NCBI GenBank assembly: GCA_963724765.1
Contig: CAVRVY010000003.1
Location: forward strand, 352,001 to 416,000
Reading direction: 5' to 3'
Source of the DNA: an uncultured delta proteobacterium
GTDB taxonomy: Bacteria > Desulfobacterota > Binatia > Binatales > Binataceae
DNA: 64,000 nt
The position numbers and the translations under genes are program-made. Shown in pieces: positions 10,032-21,209 of the stretch (its first letter is position 1; each line of letters begins with the position of its first letter). The notes beneath the pieces are model-generated. The model was not told the DNA's origin. It worked only from the letters and a program-made list of their open reading frames with translations, and did not search any database.

Positions 10032-10162
10032 CGTGATCGCTCCCAACGCAAAGATGCGCGAATTTTGGCCCGCGCCGCTTAGCGCGGGCGCCCCGAATCA
10101 TAGTCCAGCCGCGCGCCCGCAACCAGCCGCGCGCGGGCGTCCTTCCGGGCCGTCTTCGCCAC

Positions 10163-12172
10163 TCAGACGTGCCGCGGCGGCCGGCGCACGCGAGCGGCGG
10201 TGCGCCGGGGCGGCTGTTTCTTCAGCTCAGGGATATTGGCGTAGAAATCCAGCGCTTCCGGGTTTGCCGCCGCCTCGCGGTTGGTTACCGCCACGCCGTG
10301 GATCAGGTTGCGCACGGCCAGCTCCATCAGCTTACCGTTGCGCGTGCGCGGGATGTCGGGCACCTGGATCACCTTGGCCGGGACGTGGCGCGGCGTGAGA
10401 TTGCGGCGAATCGTCTCGCGGATTTTGTCGCGCAGCGCGTCGTCGAGTTTGAGCCCGTCGCGCAGTTTTACGAACAGCACGATCCGAACGTCGTTGTCCC
10501 AGTCCTGGCTAACCGCCATGCACTCCGCCACTTCATCGAGCTGCTCGGTCTGGCGATAAATCTCCGCCGTGCCGATCCGCACGCCGCCCGGATTGAGCGT
10601 CGCATCGGAGCGCCCGTAGATAATCATTCCGTCGTGCGCGGTCAGTTCGGCCCAATCCCCGTGGCACCACACGCCGGGAAAGCGCTCGAAGTAAGCGGAG
10701 CGGTATTTCGCTCCGTCAGGATCGTTCCAGAAAAACAGCGGCATCGTGACGAACGGTGCGGTGCACACCAGCTCGCCCTTGGTCTCGCTCACCGGGTGTC
10801 CATTCTCATCCCACACCTCGACGCGCATTCCGAGGCCGCGGCATTGCAACTCGCCGCGCCATACCGGAGCGATCGGGTTGCCCAGCGCGAAGCACGAGAC
10901 CAGATCGGTGCCGCCCGAAATGGACGCGAGACACATGTCTTCCTTGACCGCCGCGTACACGTAGTCGAAGCCCTCGGGCGCAAGCGGCGATCCGGTCGAG
11001 CACATCGTGCGCAACGCGTCGAGCCGATGCGTCCGCTTAGGCTCGAGGCCCGCCTTGCGGATCGCGTCGATATACTTGGCCGAGGTGCCGAATACTGTCA
11101 TCCGCTCGATCTCGGCGTAGTCGAACAAGATTCCCGGATGCGGATGGAATGGCGAGCCGTCGTAAAGCAGCAGCGTCGCGCCCGAGGCGAGCCCCGAGAC
11201 CAGCCAGTTCCACATCATCCATCCGCAGGTTGTGAAATAAAAAATTCGATCGCCCGGCCGCACGTCGGTATGGAGCTGATGCTCCTTGAGATGCTGCAAC
11301 AGGACGCCGCCTGCGCCATGCACGATACACTTGGGCACGCCGGTGGTGCCCGAGGAATAGAGGATATAAAGCGAATGACCGAACGGGAGGCGGGCGAATT
11401 CTATTTCGCCGGGCTTAAAGGGGGCGAGAAATTCGTCCAGGGTGACGGCGCCGGCCGGCACGTGGAGATCGGATGGCGCGTTGACGTAGGGCACGACCAC
11501 CATCCGCTCGACGCCTTTCATCCGCGTGCGCAACTCGCCGACCTTGTCCAGCGTGTCGAAGGCCTTGCCGCCATAGAAATACCCGTCGGCGACGAATACG
11601 ACCTTGGGCTCGATCTGCCCGAAGCGATCGACCACGCCCTCGACGCCGAAGTCGGGCGAGCATGAAGACCAGATCGCGCCGATCGCCGCCGCCGCCAGCG
11701 CGCCGATCACCGTTTCGGGCAAATTGGGCAGATAGCCGGCGACGCGGTCGCCCTCTTTGACTCCGGCGGCGCGCAAGGCCTGCACGGTGCGCGAGACTTG
11801 CGCGTAAAGCTCGTCGCGGCTAAGGCGCCGGCGCACCTTGTCCTCGCCCCAGAAAACTATCGCATCGTCCGCGCCACGCAGCCGCAGACAATTCTCGGCG
11901 AAGTTCAGCCGACCCTCGGGAAACCATCGCGCCCCCGGCATCCGCTCGCCGTCGGCGGTGATCGCGCTGCCCTGATCGCCAATCGCGTCGCAGAAGTTCC
12001 ACACCATGCGCCAGAAGAACTCTCGATTTTCGACCGACCATCGCCAGAGCGCGCCATAGTCGGAAATCGACACCGAGTGCGCCGCCTCGACCGCCCGCAT
12101 GAAGGCGGTCATCCGGGCATCAGCGATCCGTTCGGGCGACGGCGCCCACAGTTTCTGATTCGTGGCGGACAT
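10163..12172 (-). CDS. Acetoacetate-CoA ligase
   Basis: [52 protein letters not shown]. Confidence 0.95.
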   Translation of the reverse strand: MSATNQKLWAPSPERIADARMTAFMRAVEAAHSVSISDYGALWRWSVENREFFWRMVWNFCDAIGDQGSAITADGERMPGARWFPEGRLNFAENCLRLRGADDAIVFWGEDKVRRRLSRDELYAQVSRTVQALRAAGVKEGDRVAGYLPNLPETVIGALAAAAIGAIWSSCSPDFGVEGVVDRFGQIEPKVVFVADGYFYGGKAFDTLDKVGELRTRMKGVERMVVVPYVNAPSDLHVPAGAVTLDEFLAPFKPGEIEFARLPFGHSLYILYSSGTTGVPKCIVHGAGGVLLQHLKEHQLHTDVRPGDRIFYFTTCGWMMWNWLVSGLASGATLLLYDGSPFHPHPGILFDYAEIERMTVFGTSAKYIDAIRKAGLEPKRTHRLDALRTMCSTGSPLAPEGFDYVYAAVKEDMCLASISGGTDLVSCFALGNPIAPVWRGELQCRGLGMRVEVWDENGHPVSETKGELVCTAPFVTMPLFFWNDPDGAKYRSAYFERFPGVWCHGDWAELTAHDGMIIYGRSDATLNPGGVRIGTAEIYRQTEQLDEVAECMAVSQDWDNDVRIVLFVKLRDGLKLDDALRDKIRETIRRNLTPRHVPAKVIQVPDIPRTRNGKLMELAVRNLIHGVAVTNREAAANPEALDFYANIPELKKQPPRRTAARVRRPPRHV

Positions 12173-12188
12173 GGCGATAGCTTGGGCG

Positions 12189-13040
12189 CTATACCTTGTC
12201 GATAATTTCGGCGCGGAAGCGCTCGAGCTCCGCGCCCTCGAGCGCCTTGATCGGCAGCCCGGCGAGCGTGCGATCGACGCCGAGCTCGGCCATCCGCCGC
12301 ACGTCGTCGGCGCTAAGCGGTTTGCCGGTGCGGAGACTCAGCGTGATTTCGATCGGCCGCGAGCGTTCGGCCGCGCGTGCATACTCGCGCAAGTGCGAAA
12401 TCTGCGTCCGCGCCTCGTCGAGGCTATGCGCGATCCCGTACCATCCGTCGCCCAGCCTGACCGTGCGCTTGAGCGCGGGCTCGCTGGTGCCGCCGAAGAT
12501 GATCGGCGGATGCGGCTGCTGGACGGTCTTGGGCATAAACTTCATCCCCTGGGTCGAAACCGTCTTGCCTTGATAGAGCGGGTTGGCCTTGCTCCACAGC
12601 TCGATCATCAACTCCAGGTACTCGCGAGTGCGCAGCGCGCGGTCCTCGAACTTCATCCCGACCGCCTCGAATTCCTCCTTGAGCCATCCGATACCGACGC
12701 CGAAGATGACGCGGCCGTGGCTCAGTTGGTCGAGCGTGGCGATCGCCTTGGCAGTTGCAAACGCGTTGCGCAGCGGCACCACGAAGATGCCGGTGGCGAG
12801 GCGAATTTTCGTGGTCAGCGCGGCGACGTAGGCGAGCGTGAGCAGCGGATCGTGAAACGGCGCGTCGGGCGGCACTAGAAAGCGGCCGTCGGCCGTATAT
12901 GGATAGGCCGAGGTCTGGTTCACGGGCATGATTAGATGCTCCGCGATCCAGGCCGACTCGAAGCCGACCTGCTCGGCCTGGCGTACGTCGGCGGCGATCG
13001 CCTCGCCGCGCTGCTTGGTGATGAAGGTGCCGAATTTCAT
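12189..13040 (-). CDS. LLM-class (probably F420-dependent) oxidoreductase
   Basis: [32 protein letters not shown]-type QQPHPPI, GDGWYG. Confidence 0.88.
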   Translation of the reverse strand: MKFGTFITKQRGEAIAADVRQAEQVGFESAWIAEHLIMPVNQTSAYPYTADGRFLVPPDAPFHDPLLTLAYVAALTTKIRLATGIFVVPLRNAFATAKAIATLDQLSHGRVIFGVGIGWLKEEFEAVGMKFEDRALRTREYLELMIELWSKANPLYQGKTVSTQGMKFMPKTVQQPHPPIIFGGTSEPALKRTVRLGDGWYGIAHSLDEARTQISHLREYARAAERSRPIEITLSLRTGKPLSADDVRRMAELGVDRTLAGLPIKALEGAELERFRAEIIDKV

Positions 13041-13088
13041 GAGCGCGTACCTCGCCGCGAATTCGTCATCTGAATCAGGTAAATCGGG

Positions 13089-14369
13089 CTAGTAGATCGG
13101 GCCGAAAACTGCCCGCGCGTGGCGCTCGAGCGGCTCGCGAAAGTCCGGATGAGCGATCGCGATCAGCCGCCGCGCGCGTTCTTCCAGACTGATGCCGCGC
13201 AGATGCGCCGCGCCGAACTCGGTGGCCACGATATCGACATCGGAGCGCGCCGTGGTCACCACCGGATCGTTCAGCGCGGCCGTGATCCGGCTGACCTTGC
13301 CGCCGCGCGCGGTCGCCGGCAATGCGATTATCGATTTCCCGCCGCGCGAGCGCCGCGCCGCGCGTACGTAGTCCACCTGGCCGCCGACCGCGCCGATATA
13401 CGTTCCGCCTGCGACCTCGGCGTTGACCTGGCCGCTCAGGTCGACTTCGATCGCGGAATTGAGCGACACGAAGGCGTCGATTCGCGCCAGCAATTCGACG
13501 TTGTGCGTTTTGCTGAGCGGCACGAGGCGCAAGGCGGGGTTGCGATGGACGAAGTCGTACAGCTTGCGCGTGCCCAACAGCGTCCCGGTGACGCTCGCAT
13601 CGCGGTCGAATGGCTTGGTCTCGTTGGTCACCGCGCCGGACTTGATCAGGTCCACCACGGCGTCGCTGACCATCCCCGAATGCAGCCCGAGCCGGCGATG
13701 GCCATGCAGGGCGTCCAGGATCGCGCACGGCATCGCACCGATTCCCATCTGGATTACCGCGCCCTCGGGCACCAGCTCCGCGACCTGCCGCGCGATCTTT
13801 TTGTCGACCGCGCTCGGCTCGCGCGTGGAATGCTCCAGCGGCGGGCGCGAGCTGCGCACGATATAGTCGACCCGCGACATGTCGAGCGGCTCGTCGGAGT
13901 AGGTCCACGGCAGTTGATCGTTGACCTGGGCAATCACCGTGCGCGCGCGGCGCATCGCGATCTTCAGATAATCGTTCACGAGCCCCATGCTGTATTCAGC
14001 GCCGCCGTCGGCGGGCGGGCTTAGATGAAGCAGCACGACGTCGGCTTTGAGGATACCGCTATCGAACAGCGACTCGACGTCGGAAAGCTGGCACGGGATG
14101 AGGCGCAGCACGCCCGCATCGATCAGGCGGCGCCGGGTCCCGATCGCGCTCATGCTGAGAAACGTCAGGCAATCGGCATGCTCCGGCTGCAGCGTCTCCG
14201 AATATCCCGGCCCGAGAAATAGCGTGATCGGACCGATCTCGTGGCGCTGCGCGACCAGCGTCTCCGTCAGCGTCAGCGGCTCGGCCGCCCCTTGCGCCGA
14301 AACCACGGTGTCGCCGCGCCTGATATAGCGCGCAAGCTCAAGCTCTTCGGCTCGCAGTTCGATAGTCAT
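13089..14369 (-). CDS. Acetyl-CoA hydrolase/4-hydroxybutyrate CoA-transferase family protein
   Basis: QMGIG, NSAIEVDLSGQVNAE, GGQVDYVRAA, TEFGAAHLRG, IAHPDFRE. Confidence 0.9.
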   Translation of the reverse strand: MTIELRAEELELARYIRRGDTVVSAQGAAEPLTLTETLVAQRHEIGPITLFLGPGYSETLQPEHADCLTFLSMSAIGTRRRLIDAGVLRLIPCQLSDVESLFDSGILKADVVLLHLSPPADGGAEYSMGLVNDYLKIAMRRARTVIAQVNDQLPWTYSDEPLDMSRVDYIVRSSRPPLEHSTREPSAVDKKIARQVAELVPEGAVIQMGIGAMPCAILDALHGHRRLGLHSGMVSDAVVDLIKSGAVTNETKPFDRDASVTGTLLGTRKLYDFVHRNPALRLVPLSKTHNVELLARIDAFVSLNSAIEVDLSGQVNAEVAGGTYIGAVGGQVDYVRAARRSRGGKSIIALPATARGGKVSRITAALNDPVVTTARSDVDIVATEFGAAHLRGISLEERARRLIAIAHPDFREPLERHARAVFGPIY

Positions 14370-14462
14370 CGTGAAAGGCGGCTCGATTGAGAGACTCCTG
14401 CGAGAGATCCAGCGATAGGTTCCGCGATAGTTCTTGCGGCAGCGCTAGCCCGGCCGGCGGCG

Positions 14463-14900
14463 CTAATTGGCGGATAAGGTCGCAGACCGCTTGCGGCGGC
14501 CGGGCATGCGCCGCGGCCGTGTGGAAATCGCCCGCTGCGGTGTCCGCAGCGAACCGATCTGGTGTTCAACGCGTGTTCCGGGCGTCGGCGGAGGCGGCGC
14601 GGGCGGCGGATCCAACCGCGCATCGTCCTGCATCAGGAGAAAGAAAAACATGTTGGCGAGAACGATCTTGGTCAGCCCGATAACCGAGACCAGCGCCGCC
14701 ACCAGCACCCACTTCGAGGAGTCGTGGCCGAGCCATCCCATTTTCACTCCGACGCCCAGCGTCGCAACGGCCGCCACGATGACGACGCCCATTCCGATCG
14801 ACGCCGGCACCATCGATTTGCGCCAGAACGCCTCGGCCGAGTACGGATTGGCCGCGGCGTTTAGCGGTCGCCGGCGCTGGAGCAGAATGACGGTTGCCAC
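14463..14900 (-). CDS. Hypothetical membrane protein (2 TM, Pro-rich tail)
   Basis: Two hydrophobic segments; AGGAAG before ATG. Confidence 0.6.
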   Translation of the reverse strand: MATVILLQRRRPLNAAANPYSAEAFWRKSMVPASIGMGVVIVAAVATLGVGVKMGWLGHDSSKWVLVAALVSVIGLTKIVLANMFFFLLMQDDARLDPPPAPPPPTPGTRVEHQIGSLRTPQRAISTRPRRMPGRRKRSATLSAN

Positions 14901-15166
14901 ATTCTTCCTGTCGATGTTTTATGCTCCACTGCGCGGCGGGGCGCAAGCGGCAGGACCCGATTACGTCGCCTTTCGAACCTAAGCGATGGACCGGCTCGCC
15001 GCCGGGGTAAAAAAGCCTTTGCCTCATCGCGCAATAAAGTCTAGACAGGATGCGGTACGTGACAGGACCCGGGGCTGACAAGATGCGGCAGCTGTGCGGC
15101 CCGGGGCGGGCGCCGGGCGGGACCGCGGACCCGTGACGCTGAAGTTACGATGACGGAGGACAGGCA

Positions 15167-16189
15167 ATGAAGTTCGGCGTGATGTACGACTTTCGCAATC
15201 CGAAGCAGTGGCGGCGCCCCTATACGGAGTTATACGCCGCGATGATCGATCAGGCCGCGATGCTCGACGAACTCGGCTACGACAACGTGTGGCTGACCGA
15301 GCATCACTTTGTTGACGACGGCTATAACCCGTCCGTGCTGCCGACCGCGGCGGCGATCGCCGCGCGCACCAAAAAAATCCGCATCGGCACCTTCGTGCTG
15401 CTGCTGCCGTTTCACAACCCGGTGCGGGTCGCCGAAGACGCCACCTGCGTAGACATCCTCTCCAACGGGCGCTTCGACCTCGGCGTCGGACAAGGCTACC
15501 GTGCCGAGGAGTTCGCGGCCTTCAAACTCCCGCGTCCCGAGCGATCGGCGCGCCTGGCCGAGGGCGTCGAGCTTATCCGGCGGCTGTGGACCGAGGAGCA
15601 GGTCACCTTCGCGGGCAAGTTCAACCAGGTCGAGGCGATGGCGCTGCATCCCAAGCCCGTGCAGCAGCCCCATCCGCCGATCTGGATCGGCGCGCGGACC
15701 GACAAGGCCGCCCGCCGCGCCGCCCGCCTGGGACATCATCTGCTCGCCACGATCGGGCCCGACCCCGCAATCCCATACCGCGACGAACTGAAGCTGCTCG
15801 GGCGCGACCCCGCGAAATTTTCGATCGCTCAGTTGCGGGTCGTGTACGTCGCCGAATCGGCCGACCGCGCCTGGCACGACATCCAGGATCATCTGAACTA
15901 CATGATGGGCGAGTACGCGCAGTGGCTGGGCGAGGCCAACGACGTGGCCGGCGACAAGGCGGTATGGGAGTTGCGGCGCCCCGAGGATCTGCGCACTTCG
16001 CCGTACGCCGAGCACATGATGGTCGGAACACCGGCGGAGTGTATCGCGAAGTTCAAGGCCTTCAGCCGCCAGTACGCGTGCACGCACTTCATCATGGCGA
16101 CGCCGCTGCCCGGGATCGATCCGGCCAAGGCACGCCGCTCGCTGGAGCTGTTCGCGAGCGAGGTGCGGCCGCATCTGGCGGGACTCTGA
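15167..16189 (+). CDS. LLM-class flavin-dependent oxidoreductase
   Basis: [34 protein letters not shown]; GGAGG RBS. Confidence 0.9.
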   Translation: MKFGVMYDFRNPKQWRRPYTELYAAMIDQAAMLDELGYDNVWLTEHHFVDDGYNPSVLPTAAAIAARTKKIRIGTFVLLLPFHNPVRVAEDATCVDILSNGRFDLGVGQGYRAEEFAAFKLPRPERSARLAEGVELIRRLWTEEQVTFAGKFNQVEAMALHPKPVQQPHPPIWIGARTDKAARRAARLGHHLLATIGPDPAIPYRDELKLLGRDPAKFSIAQLRVVYVAESADRAWHDIQDHLNYMMGEYAQWLGEANDVAGDKAVWELRRPEDLRTSPYAEHMMVGTPAECIAKFKAFSRQYACTHFIMATPLPGIDPAKARRSLELFASEVRPHLAGL

Positions 16190-16258
16190 TCGCGCGCCTC
16201 ATATAGGAAACCGAGTTGCGCCAACTCCACCACTGACCAGGTACGAGCGAGGTACAAG

Positions 16259-17326
16259 ATGGATTTCGGCTGTGTCTTCTTCGCAAGCCCCGACGCATAC
16301 AAGGACACCGCGCTGGCCGAGAAGATGGGCTTCACGCACGGCTGGCTATACGATTCGCAGATGCTCGGCAGCGACGTGTACGCGGCGCTCGCGTTGTGCG
16401 CGGTCAATACGCGCCGGCTCATCATCGGGCCCGGCGTAACCAATCCGCTCTCGCGGATAGCGCCGGTCACCGCCTGCGCGATGGCGACGATCAACGCGCT
16501 CGCGCCCGGCCGCGTGGTGCTCGGAATCGGCACCGGCAACACGGCCCGGCGCACGCTCGGGATGCCGGCCGCGCGGGTCGACCAGATGCGCGAGCACATC
16601 GAGATCTGCCGCGGCCTGCTGAAAGGCGAAACCGTCCCCTATCAGGAAGGCGAGCGGCGCCGGATGATCAAGTTTCTCAATCCCGGCGGCGGCTATATCA
16701 ACATCCGCAAGCGGGTGCCGATTTACGTCGCCGCCAGCGGCACGCGCAGCCTGGAGATGGCGGGTGAAATCGCCGACGGGGTGATCCTGTTCGGCGCGGT
16801 GGGGCCGAGCCTGATTGACTTCGTGATGAACAGCGTGCGCGTCGGAGCCGAACGCGCGGGACGCAAGCTCTCGAGCATCTACACGCTCTGCATGACCGCC
16901 TTTCACCTCACGCGTCCGGGCCAGAAACTCGAATCGACGCAGGTGCGGCGCGCCGTGGGGCCGTTCGTCGCCTCGTCGTCGAACATCTTCGCGCTGGCCG
17001 CGCCCGACAAGAACGATCTGCCCTCGGACCTGCGCGACGACATCACTAAATTTGCCGCGGCCTATAAGGTCGAGAACGAGCCCGCCGAGACGCGCCATCT
17101 CAAACTTTATTCGGGATACCTGCGGGGCTTTCGCAAGGAACATGAGGAGTTGGTGACCGAGCGGATGATTCGCGCGACCACGCTTACCGGCACACGCGAG
17201 GAGGTGATCGATTCGATCCGCTCGATGAAGAAGGCGGGCATCCGTCAGGTCGCAATCCAGCCGATCGTGGACAATCGAACGACGCTGCAGGCGTTTTCGC
17301 GCGAGATCATCAAGGTGATGCGCTAG
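16259..17326 (+). CDS. LLM-class oxidoreductase (Mer-like)
   Basis: GWLYDSQ, GPGVTNP, PGRVVLGIGTG, AGEIADGVI. Confidence 0.88.
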   Translation: MDFGCVFFASPDAYKDTALAEKMGFTHGWLYDSQMLGSDVYAALALCAVNTRRLIIGPGVTNPLSRIAPVTACAMATINALAPGRVVLGIGTGNTARRTLGMPAARVDQMREHIEICRGLLKGETVPYQEGERRRMIKFLNPGGGYINIRKRVPIYVAASGTRSLEMAGEIADGVILFGAVGPSLIDFVMNSVRVGAERAGRKLSSIYTLCMTAFHLTRPGQKLESTQVRRAVGPFVASSSNIFALAAPDKNDLPSDLRDDITKFAAAYKVENEPAETRHLKLYSGYLRGFRKEHEELVTERMIRATTLTGTREEVIDSIRSMKKAGIRQVAIQPIVDNRTTLQAFSREIIKVMR

Positions 17327-17592
17327 GCCGCCCCCCCCCCGCAACAGACAGCGGCGTCGCCCCCGCGCGGCTGAGCGTTCCGCGCGTGCAGCGGCCCGAA
17401 GGTCGCAGAGGGGGCTGGCGCGGGGCTGTCATGCTTTTGCCCGTGCGGTGGCAAAAAGCTGTCTCTGCGGCGAGTCACTCGCGCCGCTGCGCCCAACTAA
17501 AGCGGTTTATGAGTCGGGTTTCCCGGTTTAGCAGGTCCGGTATGATAACGGTCTGAAAGTTGCTCCTACTGAGACAGGGACAAACTCTCAGC

Positions 17593-19074
17593 ATGGCGCA
17601 TCGAATACTTATCGTTGAAGACAATCCGGTTGACCAGCGTCTGTTCGAGCAGGCGCTGAGCGACCCGGCGCGCGAAATCGAAATTTGCAACGACGGGCGC
17701 GAGGCGCTGGCCGCCTTTGAGCGCCGCGCCGCCGACGTGGTGGTATCGGACATCATGATGCCCAACATGGAGGGCCTCGAGCTGCTGAGCGAGCTGCATC
17801 GCCGCGTCCCCGGCCTGCCGGTCATCCTGGTCACCCGTTTCGGCAGTATTCCGGCCGCAGTGGCGGCGATGCACGCGGGCGCGTTTGACTACGTCACCAA
17901 GCCGGTGGAGGTCTTCGAATTACAGACACGGGTGAAGCGCGCGCTCGAGCTCGAGCAGCTCCACCACGAAAATGACACTCTGCGCCAGGAGCTCGCCGGG
18001 CGCTTCGGTCCGGACTCGGTGGTCGCCGAAAGTATCGAGAGCCGCAAACTGATGGAACTGGTGCGGCGGATTGCGGCCAGCCACTCCACGGTGCTGATCC
18101 AGGGCGAGAGCGGCACGGGCAAGGAGCTGGTCGCGCGGCTGGTGCATTATTGGAGCGACCGGGTCGGTCATCCATTTGTCGCGGTCAACTGCAAGGCCTT
18201 CGCCGAGAGCGTGCTGGAAAGCGAACTGTTCGGTCATGAGAAAGGCGCCTTCACCGGCGCAATCGCGGCGCGCCAGGGATGCTTCGAGCGGGCCTCGGGC
18301 GGCACGCTGTTGCTCGACGAGATCGGCGATATCAGTCCCGAGTTCCAGGCCAAGCTGCTCCGCGTGCTGCAGGAGGGCGAGGTGCTGCGGGTCGGCGGCT
18401 CCGAGCCGCGGCGGATCAATGTGCGGGTAGTGGCAGCAACCAACAGCTCGCTCCAGGACAAGGTCGCGGCGGGCCGCTTTCGCGAGGACCTCTATTTCCG
18501 GCTCAACGTCATTCCTATCCAGCTGCTGCCGCTGCGCGAGCGGCGCGAGGATATCCTGGCGCTGGCGCGCAATTTTCTGGCCCGGATGGCAGCCGAGGCC
18601 GGCCGCCATATGACGCTTGACCCGGAGGCCGCGGAGATGCTCCTCCGGCACTCGTGGCCGGGCAACGTGCGCGAGCTCGAAAACGCGATCGAACGGGCCG
18701 TGGTTCTCACTCGCGCCGACGTTATCACCACTACCGACCTGATGCTCGATCGGGTCGGCGGATCGCTGCCGGCTGCTACCGCCAGCGCCACGCCTGCCGA
18801 CAACTCCGCTCCCGCGCCCGCGATGGACGAGGCGGACCTGCGGACGCGCCGTGCGACGGCGTTGGAGGAAAGCGGAGACGTCGGCCTGAGCGAATATCTC
18901 GACAAGGCCGCCGGCGAGCGAATCGCGCGCGCGCTGGCCAAGGCCAAAGGCAATCGGGCCGAGGCCGCACGCAGCCTCGGTATCGGCCGTGCGACGCTGT
19001 ATCGCTTCATGCGACGGCTGGGCAACGAATCCATCGGCGAGCGGCACGGCAATGAGCCGGGCGAACAGCAATAG
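17593..19074 (+). CDS. NtrC-family sigma54-dependent response regulator
   Basis: Receiver domain (VEDN, SDIMMP), [33 protein letters not shown], Fis-type HTH. Confidence 0.95.
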   Translation: MAHRILIVEDNPVDQRLFEQALSDPAREIEICNDGREALAAFERRAADVVVSDIMMPNMEGLELLSELHRRVPGLPVILVTRFGSIPAAVAAMHAGAFDYVTKPVEVFELQTRVKRALELEQLHHENDTLRQELAGRFGPDSVVAESIESRKLMELVRRIAASHSTVLIQGESGTGKELVARLVHYWSDRVGHPFVAVNCKAFAESVLESELFGHEKGAFTGAIAARQGCFERASGGTLLLDEIGDISPEFQAKLLRVLQEGEVLRVGGSEPRRINVRVVAATNSSLQDKVAAGRFREDLYFRLNVIPIQLLPLRERREDILALARNFLARMAAEAGRHMTLDPEAAEMLLRHSWPGNVRELENAIERAVVLTRADVITTTDLMLDRVGGSLPAATASATPADNSAPAPAMDEADLRTRRATALEESGDVGLSEYLDKAAGERIARALAKAKGNRAEAARSLGIGRATLYRFMRRLGNESIGERHGNEPGEQQ

Positions 19075-19600
19075 TTCGCCCGCGACCTCCGGTGCCCCGC
19101 CCGACGAAGGCAGGGACGAAGGCACGCGGCAAGGCACGGATGAAGGCGGGACGGCAGGCAGGGATGAAGGCCGTGTCGGCGAAGGAACTGTCAGCCTCGC
19201 CCGGATCCGCCGCTTGCGCGAATCGATGCCGGGCAAGGCCGCCCTCATCGACGAATTGATCGATCTATTTGTCTGCGACCTGCCCGGGCGGCTGAGCGCG
19301 ATCACACAGGCCGTCGAGCGCGGCGACGCGCCGGCCCTTGCGCTGCAGGCCCATGCGCTGCGCGGCGGTGCGGCAAATTTCGGCGCCAGCCGTCTCGACG
19401 AGTTGTGCGGAACGCTCGAAGAGATCGGCGGGCGGCGCGGCGCACTCGCCGAGGCGGCCGCGACGCTCGACGAGCTCAGGCGCGAAAGCAATCGGGTGCG
19501 CGCCGCACTGCTCGCCCTGAAGTCGAAAGATACTGCCGGACTGTCCGCAGCGCCCCCGCCGGCGGGCGCTGCGGACCCATCTGAACGGCCTATCCGCTAA
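19052..19600 (+). CDS. Stand-alone Hpt phosphotransfer protein
   Basis: AHALRGGAANFGA Hpt motif; overlaps the regulator stop codon. Confidence 0.85.
   Translation: MSRANSNSSPATSGAPPDEGRDEGTRQGTDEGGTAGRDEGRVGEGTVSLARIRRLRESMPGKAALIDELIDLFVCDLPGRLSAITQAVERGDAPALALQAHALRGGAANFGASRLDELCGTLEEIGGRRGALAEAAATLDELRRESNRVRAALLALKSKDTAGLSAAPPPAGAADPSERPIR
19102..19184 (+). repeat. Degenerate 12-bp coding tandem repeat (xDEG units)
   Basis: gacgaaggcagg gacgaaggcacg cggcaaggcacg gatgaaggcggg acggcaggcagg gatgaaggc. Confidence 0.7.
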
Positions 19601-19675
19601 TATCCAAGCGCGCGTATCCGCTGATCTCTGAAAACCGCGCATCCGCTCTTCACCGAAACCACGTATCCGCTTTTG
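19585..19675. repeat. Four-copy ~24-bp degenerate direct repeat with ATCCGCT core
   Basis: ATCCGCT begins at 19592, 19616, 19641 and 19665. Confidence 0.75.
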
Positions 19676-19775
19676 CGCCGCTTTGCCGGCGAACCGTCCC
19701 TACTGGCTCATCTTCACCGTCCGTGTAGATCGCTCGCGTCTCTGCTAAATGAAATGGCTTGAATGACTGAACGCG

Positions 19776-21209
19776 ATGTTGCTTGCGGACGCCTCGCTCG
19801 TCTCGAAAAGCGCCGCGGCGCAAAGGTTCAAGGATTCTCAACAGCAAAATGCCATCAACCAAAGTACCGCGCATATTCTTCGCGATGCCATTGGCGGAGA
19901 CCTGATCACCAGTGCGATAAGACCTACGAGTCCGCTCGACGCGTGTGGAACGGGCTCGTCGACCGGCGTCCGGGCGCGATCGCGTACTGCACCAGCGTCG
20001 CGGATATCGCCGCCTGCGTGCGATTCGCGCGCGAACGTGAACTTCTGACCGCCGTCCGTAGCGGCGGCCACGCCTGCGCGGGTACCGCAGTATGCGATGG
20101 CGGCCTGGTGATCGATACTTCGCGGATGCGCGCGGTGACGGTCGATCCGGCGTCTAAAATTGCCCGTGCCGAGGCCGGCGCGCGCTGGCGCGAGGTCGAC
20201 CGGGCCACGCAGACGTACGACCTCGCGACCGTCGGGGGGACGGACTCCGAAGTCGGGATTGCCGGACTCACGCTCGGCGGCGGCAATGGATGGCTGATGG
20301 GGATACACGGGGCGACTTGCGACAACGTGGTCGCAATCGACGTGGTCACGGCGGACGCCAGAATGCTCCGCGCGACGGCGGATGAAAATCCGGACCTCTT
20401 CTGGGCGATGCGTGGCGGCGGCGGAAACTTCGGCGTCGCCACTGGTTTCGAGTATCGGCTCTTTCCCGTGGGGCCCACGGTCATGGCCGGGATGGTGACC
20501 TATCCTTATGCGCAGGCGCGTCAAGTGCTGGAATTCTTCCGCGAGTTCTCGATGATCGCTCCCGATGAGCTCACGGTCTACGCCTGCCTCATCTGTACCG
20601 GCTCGGGCGCGCCCGCGATCGGATTGGCCGCCTGCTATGTCGGTCCGATGAATCGTGCCGAGGCGGTGGTCGCGCCGCTGCGCAAATGCGGCACGCCGAT
20701 CGACGACGCGCTAAGGCCGATGCCCTACCTGGAGCTGCAGACCATGATGGACGCGGCGCGGCCGGCCGGCGCGCTGCGCGATGCGCTCGCATTTCATGGC
20801 CGAACTCCCCGACGGCGCGCTCGAGGCGATCGTAGAACATTTCGCGCGCACGCCGTCGCCGCTGTCGGTCGCGATCATCGAGCATCGTCACGGAGCCATC
20901 GCGCGCGTCGCGCCTGGCGCAACCGCTTTCGCACTGCGCGCAAGCCCGTTTCACTTCGAGATAATCGGCTTCTGGGAGGATCCGCTGACGGGCGTGGCGA
21001 ATCTTGAATGGGTCACCGATTTCTTCACGGCAACGCGGCCCTTCTCTTCGGGCGAGGTGTACGTCAACTCGCTGGACCAGGGCGAATCGTCGCGGGTGTT
21101 AGAAGCCTACGGACCCAACTATCAGCCCCTGGCCTCGATCAAGGCGCAATACGACCCATCGAACTTCTTTCGCTGCAACCAGAATATCGCGCCAGGCCTG
21201 CCGCGTTAG
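19776..21209 (+). pseudogene. FAD-linked oxidase (FAD_binding_4 + BBE domain), split by two frameshifts
   Basis: RSGGH, VGIAGLTLGGG, DLFWAMRGGGGNFGV in one frame; YVN...KAQYDPSNFFRCNQNI in another (shift ~20771); N-terminal LRDAIGGDLIT in a third (shift ~19914). Confidence 0.8.

Noticed and set aside
17331-17340. C10 tract as a phase-variation site
   Set aside because: It lies just after a stop codon and far from the next start; no evident effect.
19585-19675. CRISPR array
   Set aside because: 7-bp core, ~24-bp period, and no cas genes.
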